Origin: an uncultured Planctomycetaceae bacterium | Lineage (GTDB): Bacteria; Planctomycetota; Phycisphaerae; SM23-33 | Length of the DNA: 64,000 bases | NCBI GenBank assembly: GCA_964472875.1 | Contig: CAYYMD010000008.1 | Coordinates: 2,414 to 66,413, forward strand | Direction of reading: 5' to 3' | Shown here: positions 15,895 through 30,041 of the stretch, piece after piece | Layout: each line of letters begins with the position of its first letter | Numbering within the stretch: position 1 is the stretch's first letter | Position numbers and translations under genes: made by a program | The notes under the pieces: generated by a model | Told to the model about the DNA's origin: nothing | Seen by the model: the letters and a program-made list of their open reading frames with translations, nothing else | The model's database searches: none

Positions 15895-17166
15895 TCAAGT
15901 GCCCATGTGGAACGAGGCCAGGTATTCCTTCTGCTGCTTGGTCAGTTTATCTATGGTCACGCCCATGGTCTTAAGTTTCAACCGGGCCACCCAACTGTCT
16001 ATTTCGGCCGGAACGTGATGCACCTTAAGGGCGAGTTCTCCGGCGTTCTTGATGGCGTATTCGGTTGTCAGCGCCTGTGCGGCAAAGGACATATCCATCA
16101 CCGCCGCAGGATGGCCTTCTGCGCAGGCCAGGTTCACCAGCCGACCTTCGCCGAGGACGAATATGCGCTTGTCCTTCGGCAGGACGTACTCGTCCACGCC
16201 TTCTCGCACGCCTTTGTTGACTTTCTTGGACATCTTCTTCAGCGCCTCAAGATTCAGTTCGACGTTGAAGTGTCCGCTGTTGGCCACTATTGCGCCGTCC
16301 TTCATCGCCTTAAAGTGCGGTTCGTCTATGGCGTTTATGTCGCCGGTGGTGGTCACGAACAGGTCGCCTTCCTTGGCTGCCTGACGCATCTTCATCACGC
16401 GGTATCCGTCCATGGCCGCCTGCAGGGCGCGCACGGGGTCGACCTCGCAGATTATCACGTTGGCGCCCATGCCGCGGGCCCGCGTGGCCACGCCGAGTCC
16501 GCACCAGCCGTAGCCGGCCACGACGACGGTCTTGCCGGCCATCAGTATGTCCGTAGCGCGGATTACTCCGTCTATGGTGCTCTGGCCCGTGCCGTAACGG
16601 TTGTCGAACAGGTGCTTCGTTGCGGCGTCATTTACCGCGATTACGGGGAACTTCAGCACGCCGGCAGCGTCCATCGCCCGCAGGCGTATAACGCCGGTGG
16701 TTGTCTCTTCCATAGAGGCGGCGATGTCGCCGGCGTATTTGGCGAATTTTCCGTGCAGCGCGTTGACCAGGTCCGCCCCGTCGTCCATGGTGACCGACGG
16801 CTTGTGCTTACACGCGGCGGCGATGTGGTCGTAATAGCGCTTGCGGTTTTCGCCGTGGACGGAATAAACGCGAATATCGAAATGTTTAACCAGCGCCGCG
16901 GCCACGTCGTCCTGGGTGGACAGCGGGTTCGAAGCGCACAGAACAAGGTCGGCGCCGCCGGCCTTGAGTGTGCGGCATAGGTTCGCCGTCTCGGCGGTAA
17001 CGTGCAGGCAGGCGCTCATGCGATGACCTTTGAGCGGTTTTTCCTTGGTGAAGCGCTTGCGCACTTCGGTCAGGACGGGCATGTTGTTGTCCGCCCACAG
17101 AATCCGCCGCTTGCCTTCGGTCGCCAGTTTCAAATCCTTTACATCGTAATCTTTCGTCTTTGCCAT
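15895..17166 (-). CDS. ahcY: Adenosylhomocysteinase (S-adenosyl-L-homocysteine hydrolase)
   Basis: 423 aa. N-terminus [30 protein letters not shown]-binding [24 protein letters not shown] and catalytic-domain motifs throughout. RBS GAGGAGA upstream. Confidence 0.95.
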   Translation of the reverse strand: MAKTKDYDVKDLKLATEGKRRILWADNNMPVLTEVRKRFTKEKPLKGHRMSACLHVTAETANLCRTLKAGGADLVLCASNPLSTQDDVAAALVKHFDIRVYSVHGENRKRYYDHIAAACKHKPSVTMDDGADLVNALHGKFAKYAGDIAASMEETTTGVIRLRAMDAAGVLKFPVIAVNDAATKHLFDNRYGTGQSTIDGVIRATDILMAGKTVVVAGYGWCGLGVATRARGMGANVIICEVDPVRALQAAMDGYRVMKMRQAAKEGDLFVTTTGDINAIDEPHFKAMKDGAIVANSGHFNVELNLEALKKMSKKVNKGVREGVDEYVLPKDKRIFVLGEGRLVNLACAEGHPAAVMDMSFAAQALTTEYAIKNAGELALKVHHVPAEIDSWVARLKLKTMGVTIDKLTKQQKEYLASFHMGT

Positions 17167-17339
17167 AGTCTCCTCGCGGTAGGGGGTTAGGGGGTAATCG
17201 AGATTAGCGTGATATTGTTATCTCTCGGGATGCATTTTGCAAACATGATTTTTCAGGTTTCTAAAAAGAAATTCCAAAATTACTAATCAGCGTTGCTGCC
17301 CCTGGCTCCGGAGAAAGGATTGGTGCCGGGCGATTGCGG

Positions 17340-18929
17340 TTATTTGCCCGGCCGCGACTTTTTATAGTCGTCCGGGTCTATGCCGAGTTTCTTTGTTTTG
17401 TAACGCAGTATTCGCGCGGTGGCGCCGAGTTCGCGTGCGGCGGCGGCCACGTTGCCGAATGTGCGCTTCAGCGCATCGACGATGATGTCGCGCTCGTAGA
17501 GCCCCACGCGTTCCTCGAGCGTGCCGGTGCCTGCGGTGTCGGAGAAATCTGACGTCTGAAGTGTGGGCGGCAGGTTGTGGCCGTGAATCACCCCGTCGGT
17601 GCTCAGCAGCACGGCCCGTTCGATGCAGTTCTCCAGTTCGCGAACGTTGCCCGGCCAGTGGTAAGCCATCATCATGTTGATGGCCGGCGTCGAGATGCGG
17701 CGGACGTCCTTGCCGAGTTTCTCCGCATAGCGCTCGACGAAATAATCCGCCAGCAGTAGAATGTCATCCTTCCGTTGGGTCAGGGTCGGCAGGTAAACAG
17801 GAAACACGTTGACGCGGTAATACAGGTCCTGGCGGAAGTCGCCGTCCGTGACGGCCTGCTCCAGGTCCTTGTTCGTGGCGCAGATTATCCGCACATCCGC
17901 ACGGCGTGCCTCGCTGGAGCCGACCCGCTCGTATTCCTTCTCCTGGATGACGCGCAGCAGTTTGACCTGCGTGGCGGGGGGAAATTCACCGATCTCGTCC
18001 AGGAACAGCGTGCCGCCGTCGGCCTGTTCTATTCGGCCAACGCGGTCTTTTACCGCCCCGGTGAACGCGCCTTCGACATGGCCGAACAGTTCGCTCTCCA
18101 AAAGCGATTCCTGAAGCGCCGCGCAGTTGACCTTTACAAACGGGCCCTTCGCTCGCGGGCTGGCGTAATGGATGGCGTGGGCGACCAGTTCCTTGCCGGT
18201 GCCCGTAGCCCCGCGGATGAGAACCGTGGTCTCCGAGGCCGCCACGCGGTAAATGGACCGGTACACTTCGCGCATGGCGTGTGAGTTACCGATTATGTTC
18301 TCCGGGCGGAAGCGGTCTTCCAGTTCCTCCCGCAGGCGGACGTTCTCGGCCTCCAGCGCTTCGCGCTCGGCGGCCAGTTGGCGACGAACCTCCACGTCGT
18401 TTGCGATCATGCTGGCCACGATGCTCAGTACCCGCAGGTCCTCTTCGAGCGAAACTGACTGGTCGAACACCCTGTCGGCCGAAAGCGCCCCGATTACTTC
18501 CTCCCCGCTGGTTATCGGCACGCAGACGAAACTTATCTCGTTCCGCGCCAGCTCTTTTCGCTTGTGGAGCTTGTCCAGGAACAGCGGCTCCTGAGAAATC
18601 TTCGGCACCACGGCCGGGCTGCCCGTGGCCACCACCCTGCCGGTGATGCCCTCGCCGCTGCGGTAACGGACCGCGCGCAGGTCTTCGTCGGAAAGATTGT
18701 GCGCGACTTCTATGAGCATTTCGTCGGCGCCCGGCTTCAGCAGAGATATCGTTCCCCGTGTCATGCCCAGGCGGTCGTGCAGAACGTCGAGGACCTCAGC
18801 CAGTACCTGACGCTGCCCTCCGCGAGAGGCCAGGATGCGGCTGATGGCGTACAGCGCCTCAAGTTCGGCCAGGTGCTTCTTCCTGCCTGCCTCGGCACGC
18901 CTGAAATCTTTACTCAAGGTATTATCCAT
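17340..18929 (-). CDS. Sigma54-dependent transcriptional activator with N-terminal GAF domain and C-terminal Fis-type HTH (NifA-type architecture; no receiver domain)
   Basis: GAF-like N-domain, then the AAA+ sigma54-interaction domain (Walker [15 protein letters not shown] loop [17 protein letters not shown]) and [26 protein letters not shown]. It is divergent from amtB. Confidence 0.9.
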   Translation of the reverse strand: MDNTLSKDFRRAEAGRKKHLAELEALYAISRILASRGGQRQVLAEVLDVLHDRLGMTRGTISLLKPGADEMLIEVAHNLSDEDLRAVRYRSGEGITGRVVATGSPAVVPKISQEPLFLDKLHKRKELARNEISFVCVPITSGEEVIGALSADRVFDQSVSLEEDLRVLSIVASMIANDVEVRRQLAAEREALEAENVRLREELEDRFRPENIIGNSHAMREVYRSIYRVAASETTVLIRGATGTGKELVAHAIHYASPRAKGPFVKVNCAALQESLLESELFGHVEGAFTGAVKDRVGRIEQADGGTLFLDEIGEFPPATQVKLLRVIQEKEYERVGSSEARRADVRIICATNKDLEQAVTDGDFRQDLYYRVNVFPVYLPTLTQRKDDILLLADYFVERYAEKLGKDVRRISTPAINMMMAYHWPGNVRELENCIERAVLLSTDGVIHGHNLPPTLQTSDFSDTAGTGTLEERVGLYERDIIVDALKRTFGNVAAAARELGATARILRYKTKKLGIDPDDYKKSRPGK

Positions 18930-18992
18930 GGCGATATTCCGAAATCAATAACATACTTATACCACATATTTGTAGTATCTCACAATAATATT

Positions 18993-19006
18993 CACAAAAT
19001 TGTAAG
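18993..19006 (+). promoter_or_regulatory. Candidate upstream activator sequence (palindromic CACAAwwTTGTAA) 91 bp upstream of the amtB sigma54 -24 element
   Basis: CACAAAATTGTAAG here versus CACAATATTGTAAT at 22162-22175 (12 of 14 identical). Both have an ACAA..TTGT dyad at the same distance (91 and 92 nt) from the respective -24 GG. Confidence 0.45.
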
Positions 19007-19082
19007 AATCATGCTAATCATCCATGAAGCCCATATTTCATAAATTACTGCTAATGAATGAATTATACAATATGATATTTTT

Positions 19083-19098
19083 TGGCACAGAATGTGCT
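19083..19098 (+). promoter_or_regulatory. Sigma54 (-24/-12) promoter of amtB-glnK-omp
   Basis: TGGCACAGAATGTGCT has the invariant GG (19084-85) and GC (19096-97) with the canonical 10-nt spacing, about 55 bp upstream of the proposed amtB start. Confidence 0.75.
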
Positions 19099-19154
19099 AT
19101 TAACGAATGTCGTGGTCGGGATGGGCCCGGCCGGGATATATGAAAGGATGTGAC

Positions 19155-20540
19155 ATGCGACGAAATACTCCTGAGGAAATTATGCCGCTTACCGGCTCAC
19201 GTAAATATGGGCGAAGATTTATCAAGCCGGCGCTTATGGCGGCCGCGGCCGTGTTGTTTGCAGCCCCGTCCCGCACATGGGCTTCCGAGTCGGCGGCCTC
19301 AGTCACCAGCGGACTGGACACTGTCTGGGTATTGATGGGCGCCTTTCTGGTGTTCTTTATGCAGGCGGGTTTCGGTATGGTCGAGGCCGGGTTTATTCGC
19401 GCTAAAAATGCCTGCAACATTCTGACCAAGAACTTTCTGGACTACTGCACCGCCAGTATAATGTTTTTCCTCGTCGGTTACGGATTCATGTTCGGGATCG
19501 GCAACGGTTTTATAGGCACCTCGGCGTTTGGCCTGTCCGATGCAGGCAGTTGTCCGGATAATCTGCCGCTTTGGGCGTTTTGGCTTTTTCAGGCCGCATT
19601 CTGCGGAGCGGCGGCGACCATTGTGGCCGGGGCCGTGGCCGAGCGCATGAAATTTTCCGCGTATCTGATGTACACGGTAGTGATATCCGCGTTGGTGTAT
19701 CCGATAATCGGCCACTGGGTATGGGGCGGCGGATGGCTTAGCGAGATGGGTTTCGCCGACTTCGCCGGTTCCACGGTGGTGCACGCCACCGGTGGATGGG
19801 CCGGATGTGTCGGTGCGTTACTGTTGGGACCGCGGATAGGCAAATTCAGGCCTGACCGCACAGCAAACGTCATCCCCGCCCACAACATCCCGTTGGCGTC
19901 CATCGGCGTGTTCATTCTGTGGTTCGGATGGTTTGGTTTTAATCCCGCATCGACGCTCAGTGTGGGTGACGGATCACTGATAGGCCTTGTGGCCATCAAT
20001 ACCAATCTCGCCGCTGCTGCCGGTGCCATAAGTGCTATGGTGACTGTGTGGCTGCGATATGGCAAGCCGGACCTGTCGATGACAATGAACGGCGCACTGG
20101 CCGGCCTGGTTGCCATTACAGCCCCGTGCGCGTTCGTGGCGCCGTGGGCGGCGATAATCATCGGACTGGTCGGCGGTGTGATAGTGGTCTTTGGCGTGGG
20201 GCTGCTGGACCGCATCGGCATAGACGACCCGGTCGGTGCGGTTCCTGTCCACGGCATGAACGGCATCTGGGGCACGCTTGCGGTGGGCCTGTTCGGCAGG
20301 GAGGCGCTTGGCCTGGCCGGGGAAGGTCTGCTGTTCGGCGGCGGGCGGCAGTTGGCGGTCCAGGCGCTGGGCACGTTTGTCTCGGCTGGCTTTGCGTTCC
20401 TGGCGATGGGAGCTGTGTTTATGCTGATAAAAGTAACCGTTGGCCTGCGCGTCAGCCGGGAAGAGGAACTGCGAGGTCTGGACATAGGCGAACACGGCAT
20501 GGAGGCCTACGGCGGCTTCCAGATATTCTCGAACGTTTAG
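19155..20540 (+). CDS. amtB: Ammonium transporter (Amt family) with signal peptide
   Basis: Amt signature regions (DFAGSTVVHATGGWAG, GPRIGKF, NGALAGLVAIT, 11 TM helices). The start is set at the ATG at 19155 (RBS AAGGA 7 nt upstream) because the ORF-track start at 19107 overlaps the predicted sigma54 transcription start. Confidence 0.9.
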   Translation: MRRNTPEEIMPLTGSRKYGRRFIKPALMAAAAVLFAAPSRTWASESAASVTSGLDTVWVLMGAFLVFFMQAGFGMVEAGFIRAKNACNILTKNFLDYCTASIMFFLVGYGFMFGIGNGFIGTSAFGLSDAGSCPDNLPLWAFWLFQAAFCGAAATIVAGAVAERMKFSAYLMYTVVISALVYPIIGHWVWGGGWLSEMGFADFAGSTVVHATGGWAGCVGALLLGPRIGKFRPDRTANVIPAHNIPLASIGVFILWFGWFGFNPASTLSVGDGSLIGLVAINTNLAAAAGAISAMVTVWLRYGKPDLSMTMNGALAGLVAITAPCAFVAPWAAIIIGLVGGVIVVFGVGLLDRIGIDDPVGAVPVHGMNGIWGTLAVGLFGREALGLAGEGLLFGGGRQLAVQALGTFVSAGFAFLAMGAVFMLIKVTVGLRVSREEELRGLDIGEHGMEAYGGFQIFSNV

Positions 20541-20583
20541 AACGTTTAACAAGCGTTAAACCCACAATAGAAGGAACAGAACC

Positions 20584-20925
20584 ATGAAACTTATAATCGC
20601 ATATATCCAGCCGGAGAAACTTAACGACGTAAAGCAGGCCCTCTATGCGGCCGAGGTGTACAAGTTATCGGTCACCAACGCCATGGGCTGCGGGCAGCAA
20701 AAGGGATACACCGAGACTTACCGCGGCGTTGAGATGGAAGTGAACCTGCTAAAGAAGGTGCGCCTGGAGATAGCAGTAAACCAGGATTTCGTCCAGCCGA
20801 CGATAGACGCTATAGTCAGCGGCGCCCGCACGGGTAACATAGGCGACGGGAAGATATTCGTCATTCCGCTGGAAAGGTGTTTCCGTATCCGCACCGGCGA
20901 AGACGGAAACGAGGCCATTGGTTAA
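20584..20925 (+). CDS. glnK: Nitrogen regulatory protein P-II
   Basis: 113 aa with [20 protein letters not shown] and the T-loop [12 protein letters not shown] with the conserved Tyr51. It lies immediately downstream of amtB. Confidence 0.95.
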   Translation: MKLIIAYIQPEKLNDVKQALYAAEVYKLSVTNAMGCGQQKGYTETYRGVEMEVNLLKKVRLEIAVNQDFVQPTIDAIVSGARTGNIGDGKIFVIPLERCFRIRTGEDGNEAIG

Positions 20926-20956
20926 CGAGCGAACAGCAATCTAAGGAGAAATTGAA

Positions 20957-21971
20957 AATGAAAAGTACGGACACACAAGCGACACTAAAAATTGCAGGGT
21001 TAGCCCTTATTCTGACGCTGCTGACGCCGATGGTCACCATCATGGCCGAGGAAACGGAAGACGGCGTAAAGACCTGGCTGGAATCCGCACCAGTTGCAGC
21101 TAAAGACACGGATGATTCGAAAATTCCTCTCGATGCCGAGCAAGAGCACGGCTATGAGAAACCGATTCCGCTTACATTCAGCATCGAATACACCCTGGTC
21201 AGCGATTACATATTCCGCGGCATCAACTTCAGCGAATACGCCGGGGAAGGCAGAGAGAAGCCGAATCACCAGATGGCGGCCGGCGTGGAGTATGACACCG
21301 GCGATTTCGGTGCGGTGGGTTTTTCGGCATGGTTCGAGTGGTATGCCGACCAGGAAGTTTTTACGCCCAACGAAAATACCCATCTTCAGGAAGTGGACTA
21401 CACGGTGTACTGGTCGTATGAGATACCGGACACTCCTGTGACAGTCGAACTGGGTTGGATAGCATATACCTTCCCGCCGCTGGCCGGCGACGCCCACGAC
21501 ACAAATGAGGTCTATGCGAAGGTGAGCGTGGACGACGGTTTCATCTTCGGCACCGACGAACCGGTGCTGAATCCGTACGTTTACTACGGGCTGGACGTGG
21601 ACGACGGGCAGCAGGGCTCGTGGCTGGAGTTCGGAGTCAGTCACGATTTCGTCCTGGCCGACTGCAAGGCGATGAAGTCCGCGCCAATCCTGAAGGATAT
21701 CACCGTCACGCCATCGGCTGTACTGGCTGTGGATAACAGATACCTGGACAAGTTCGACGTCCTCGGCGACGGCACCGAGCAGGAGGCCATGCGGCTGGCT
21801 TACATGCAGTACGGCCTGAACGTCAGTTACGATTTGTCTTCCGGCCTGAATATCCCGCCACAGTATGGAGCGATGACGCTGTCGGGCTTTGTGAACTTTA
21901 ACCAGGCGTTCCGCGACGACCTGCTCAACGATGAGATGTGGGGCGGCGTCTCGCTCGGGTATGAATGGTAA
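20957..21971 (+). CDS. Putative outer-membrane beta-barrel (porin-like) protein encoded inside the amtB-glnK operon
   Basis: Signal peptide MKSTDTQATLKIAGLALILTLLTPMVTIMA and alternating hydrophobic/aromatic beta-strand pattern. The C-terminus ends GGVSLGYEW, an aromatic residue typical of OM barrels. RBS AAGGAG upstream, and the gap from glnK is only 31 nt. Confidence 0.5.
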
Positions 21972-22000
21972 TCAAACGAAAGACAGCAGGATCCGCCGTA

Positions 22001-22039
22001 GTCCCGGCGCGTACTTGGCAAAGTAGTACGCGCCGGGAC
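22001..22039 (+). terminator. Long perfect hairpin (15-bp stem, 8-nt loop) downstream of the omp gene, nested in a second imperfect inverted repeat
   Basis: GTCCCGGCGCGTACT-tggcaaag-AGTACGCGCCGGGAC, flanked by GGATCCGCC...GGCGGATTCC. There is no T-tract. It is likely a transcript-end or stabilising structure. Confidence 0.5.
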
Positions 22040-22161
22040 ACGAGGCGGAACCAAGGCGGATTCCGTTCCTGCCGTTTTCAATAGTTAAAATAATATTAGC
22101 CCCAAAAATGAAGCAAATCATCTCTAATCCGACAATAATGTAACTATTATACCTATATAAT

Positions 22162-22175
22162 CACAATATTGTAAT
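22162..22175 (+). promoter_or_regulatory. Second copy of the candidate UAS (CACAATATTGTAAT) 92 bp upstream of the glnA sigma54 -24 element
   Basis: See 18993-19006. ACAATATTGT is a perfect 10-bp palindrome. Confidence 0.45.
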
Positions 22176-22252
22176 ATTATCGTGCACGCAACTTTTGGTA
22201 CGTGTTTTTATAACGCTCTATCATAAAGGCATTTGTAAACTTATAACCTTTC

Positions 22253-22268
22253 TGGCACGGCGTGTGCA
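22253..22268 (+). promoter_or_regulatory. Sigma54 (-24/-12) promoter of glnA
   Basis: TGGCACGGCGTGTGCA has GG (22254-55) and GC (22266-67) at canonical spacing, about 85 bp upstream of the glnA ATG. Confidence 0.75.
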
Positions 22269-22351
22269 ATATTAAATGGAAACAGGCCGGATCTATTGTA
22301 GGCAGGCCGGCGATAGTCTGAGAAATTGAAGATATGCAAAGGAGCATTACA

Positions 22352-23764
22352 ATGACACCAAAGGAATTCTTCGAGTATGCCGAGAAAAACGGCGCAAAAA
22401 TGGTCGACCTGAAATTCGTCGACATGCTGGGCACGTGGCAGCACTGTTCCCATCCCATCGACACGTGGGATGAGGAGACATTCACTGAAGGCATGGGCTT
22501 CGACGGTTCGTCCATTCGCGGTTGGCAGGACATCCACCAGTCCGACATGATCGCCATTCCCGACCCGGACACGGCGCAGATAGACCCGTTCTTCGCCCGT
22601 CCTACCGTCAGCGTTCTGGCCAACATCAAGGACCCCACCAACGGTGAGGATTACTCCCGCGACCCGCGCCATGTAACGCGCCGTGGTGAGCAGTACGTCA
22701 GGGAATCCGGCCTGGCCGACACGGTTTTCATCGGACCCGAGCCGGAGTTCTTCATTTTCGACGAGGTCCGCTATGAACAGAACCAGCACCGCGGATTCTA
22801 CGAGATTGACTCTGTCGAAGGCGCGTGGAACACCGCCCGGTTCGAAGAACCGAATCTCGGCTACAAGCCGTCGTTCAAGGGCGGGTACTTTCCGGTCTGC
22901 CCCACGGACACCTACCACGACCTCCGCGGCGAGATGGTGGAGGAACTTCAAAAGGTGGGCATCGTCATCGAGGCCCACCACCACGAGGTGGCCACGGCCG
23001 GGCAGTCCGAGATCGACATGAAGTTCGAGCCGCTGACGAAGATGGCAGACGCTTTCATGTGGTACAAGTACATCATACGCAACGTCGCTCGTCGCAACGG
23101 CAAGACCGTAACGTTCATGCCCAAGCCGGTCTTCGAAGACAACGGCAGCGGTATGCACACACACCTTTCGCTGTGGAAGGACGGACGGCCGTTGTTCGCC
23201 GGTGACAAGTACGCCGGCCTGAGCGAAATGGCGATACACGCCATAGGCGGAGTGCTCAAGCACGCCCCTGCGATACTGGCCTTCGCCGCGCCGACGACGA
23301 ATTCCTACCGACGCCTGGTTCCGGGCTTCGAGGCGCCGGTGAACTTGGTTTACTCGGCGCGGAACCGTTCTGCGGCGATTCGCATACCGATGTACTCGTC
23401 CAGCCCCAAGGCCAAGCGCATCGAGTTCCGTTGCCCGGATCCGACCGCCAACGGTTACCTGGCGTGGACGGCGATACTGATGGCCGCGGTCGACGGCATC
23501 AACAACAAGATAGACCCGGGCAAACCGCTGGACGTAGACATCTACGAGTTGTCACCGGAAGAACTGGCCAAGTATCCGCACACGCCGGAATCGCTGGCCG
23601 ACGCCATCGATGCGCTCGAGGCCGATTACGAATTCCTCACCGAAGGCGACGTCTTCAGCGAGGACCTTGTCGGTGCGTGGATAAACTGGAAGCGGGAAGA
23701 AGAACTCAAGCCCATGGCGCTTCGCCCGCACCCCCACGAGTTCCACATTTATTACGACAGTTAA
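22352..23764 (+). CDS. glnA: Glutamine synthetase type I
   Basis: GSI motifs throughout (N-terminal beta-grasp [27 protein letters not shown], catalytic [10 protein letters not shown]). The adenylylation-loop Tyr context [11 protein letters not shown] matches the E. coli NLYDLPPEE loop. The ATG at 22352 is preferred (RBS AAAGGAG 7 nt upstream). Confidence 0.95.
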   Translation: MTPKEFFEYAEKNGAKMVDLKFVDMLGTWQHCSHPIDTWDEETFTEGMGFDGSSIRGWQDIHQSDMIAIPDPDTAQIDPFFARPTVSVLANIKDPTNGEDYSRDPRHVTRRGEQYVRESGLADTVFIGPEPEFFIFDEVRYEQNQHRGFYEIDSVEGAWNTARFEEPNLGYKPSFKGGYFPVCPTDTYHDLRGEMVEELQKVGIVIEAHHHEVATAGQSEIDMKFEPLTKMADAFMWYKYIIRNVARRNGKTVTFMPKPVFEDNGSGMHTHLSLWKDGRPLFAGDKYAGLSEMAIHAIGGVLKHAPAILAFAAPTTNSYRRLVPGFEAPVNLVYSARNRSAAIRIPMYSSSPKAKRIEFRCPDPTANGYLAWTAILMAAVDGINNKIDPGKPLDVDIYELSPEELAKYPHTPESLADAIDALEADYEFLTEGDVFSEDLVGAWINWKREEELKPMALRPHPHEFHIYYDS

Positions 23765-23790
23765 ACCGACAGGCGAAAAATTCATCTAAG

Positions 23791-23826
23791 GCGCGGCGGC
23801 GTGAAAGCGCCGCCGCGCTAATATAA
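23791..23826 (+). terminator. Rho-independent terminator after glnA
   Basis: GCGCGGCGGCG-tgaaa-CGCCGCCGCGC is followed by TAATATAAA (A/T-rich tail). Confidence 0.6.
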
Positions 23827-23989
23827 ACCCACAAAACCCAAACTTTATATGCGTTGCGCTTGTAATATAAGTATAACTTATAAAAACAATTAGATTATAA
23901 GACAATAAAACTTTGAAAAATAACCTAAAATGTAATGGAAGAACCGAGTTAGATATAAGGCAATCGAATATTCAGCACAGGAAGCAGCA

Positions 23990-28535
<4,546 letters not shown>

Positions 28536-28543
<8 letters not shown>

Positions 28544-29960
28544 GACTACCGGATTCATCGAATACGCTCGACACGCCCCGCCACACCGATCACCCCAGGT
28601 GCGAGTAAAAGACTACTTCGAGGTCACTTTGCCGTTGTCCCCGCAGGAGATAAACCGGCAGGCGGCACGTTGCATGGACTGCGGCATACCGTTTTGCCAC
28701 GGGATGGGCTGCCCGCTGGCCAACCGGATACCGGAGTTCAACGATTTGGTTTATCGCGGGCGGTGGCGCGAGGCGGCCGCGAATCTGCACTCGACCAATA
28801 ACTTCCCTGAGATAACCGGGCGGGTCTGTCCGGCGCCCTGCGAGGCCGCCTGCACACTCAATATTGACGCCGAGCCGGTCACCATCGAGCACATCGAGTA
28901 CCAGATAGCCGAGCGCGCCTGGGCTCAGGGCTGGGTTAAGCCCCGCCCGGCCGATAAGAAAACCGGCCAGAAGGTCGGCGTGATCGGCTCCGGCCCGGCC
29001 GGCCTGGCCGCCGCACAGCAACTGGCCAGAGCGGGTCACGAGGTGACCGTCTTCGAGAAAGATGACCGCATCGGCGGGCTGCTGCGATACGGCATACCCG
29101 AGTTCAAACTCGAAAAACGCATACTGGACCGGCGACTGAAGCAACTGGCTGCCGAGGGCGTAAAATTTGAAACCGATGTTACAGTCGGAGTGGATATCTC
29201 GGCGAGGTATCTTCGCAAGATGTTCGACGCCATTTGTCTGACTATGGGCTCGGGTCAGCCGCGAGACCTCGGCGTGCCCGGCCGCGGGCTGGAGAACGTC
29301 GTGTTCGCGATGGACTTCCTCAAACAGCAGAACCTCCGCGTCGCCGGCGACAGCATCGACGGCCGCGAGGCCATCTCGGCCCGGGATAAAATCGTCGTTA
29401 TCATTGGCGGCGGCGACACCGGCAGCGACTGCGTGGGCACAGCCATCCGCCAGGGCGCAAAGGAAGTGCACCAGTTCGAGATTCTTCCCAAACCGCCTGA
29501 GACGAGCAATCCTCAGACGCCCTGGCCGACATGGCCGAATATCCTGCGGACCTCCACAAGCCATGAGGAGGGCTGCAAGCGCCGCTGGTCGGTGGCGACC
29601 AAGTCGTTGTCCGGCGTGGGCGTGCGGGTTAACGAGTTGCACGGATGTGAAGTCGAGTGGGGCAAGGGGCCGCACGGGCCTGAAATGAAGGATGTTCCAG
29701 GCACGGAATTTTCAATGAAGGTCGACATGGTGGTGCTGGCGATGGGCTTCGTCCACGTGGTTCAAGAAGGGCTGGTCGATGCGCTCGGTCTGGACCTGGA
29801 CGAACGAGGCAACATTGCCGTGGCCGATTACCACACAAACAGCGAGGGCGTCTTCGCCGCCGGCGATGCAAAACGAGGCGCTTCGCTTGTCGTTCATGCA
29901 ATCAATGAAGGAAGGAAAGCAGCAGAGGCGATAAATAATTGGTTAAATACGAAATTCTAA
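28536..29960 (+). CDS. gltD: Glutamate synthase small subunit (NADPH-dependent)
   Basis: Fe-S cysteine clusters (CMDCGIPFC, CPAPCEAAC) and the FAD/NAD(P) Rossmann motifs GVIGSGPAGLAAA and IIGGGDTGSDCVGTA. The GTG start overlaps the gltB stop by 8 nt, and GGAGGAGG precedes it. Confidence 0.95.
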
Positions 29961-29969
29961 ATTCCAAAC

Positions 29970-30040
29970 ACCCAAACTCAAAACTGAAACATCCGTTTCT
30001 CTTTTTGAGATTTTTAGAATTTAAGTTTTCAGTTTTCAGC
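29970..30040. terminator. Putative bidirectional terminator region between convergent gltD and the PEP-binding-protein gene
   Basis: Imperfect inverted repeats CTCAAAACTGAAAC ... GTTTTCAGTTTTCAG and CTCAAAA/TTTTGAG in an AT-rich 80-nt spacer. Confidence 0.4.
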
Positions 30041-30041
30041 T

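Noticed and set aside
19107-19154. ORF-track start of amtB at 19107.
   Set aside because: It would place the start codon at or before the predicted sigma54 transcription start (about 12 nt after the -12 GC at 19097). The ATG at 19155 has a proper RBS.
23830-23989. AT-rich region upstream of gltB, examined for a third sigma54 promoter or UAS copy.
   Set aside because: Only a partial TTGTAA half-site is present and there is no GG-N10-GC element. gltBD is probably expressed from a sigma70-type promoter.
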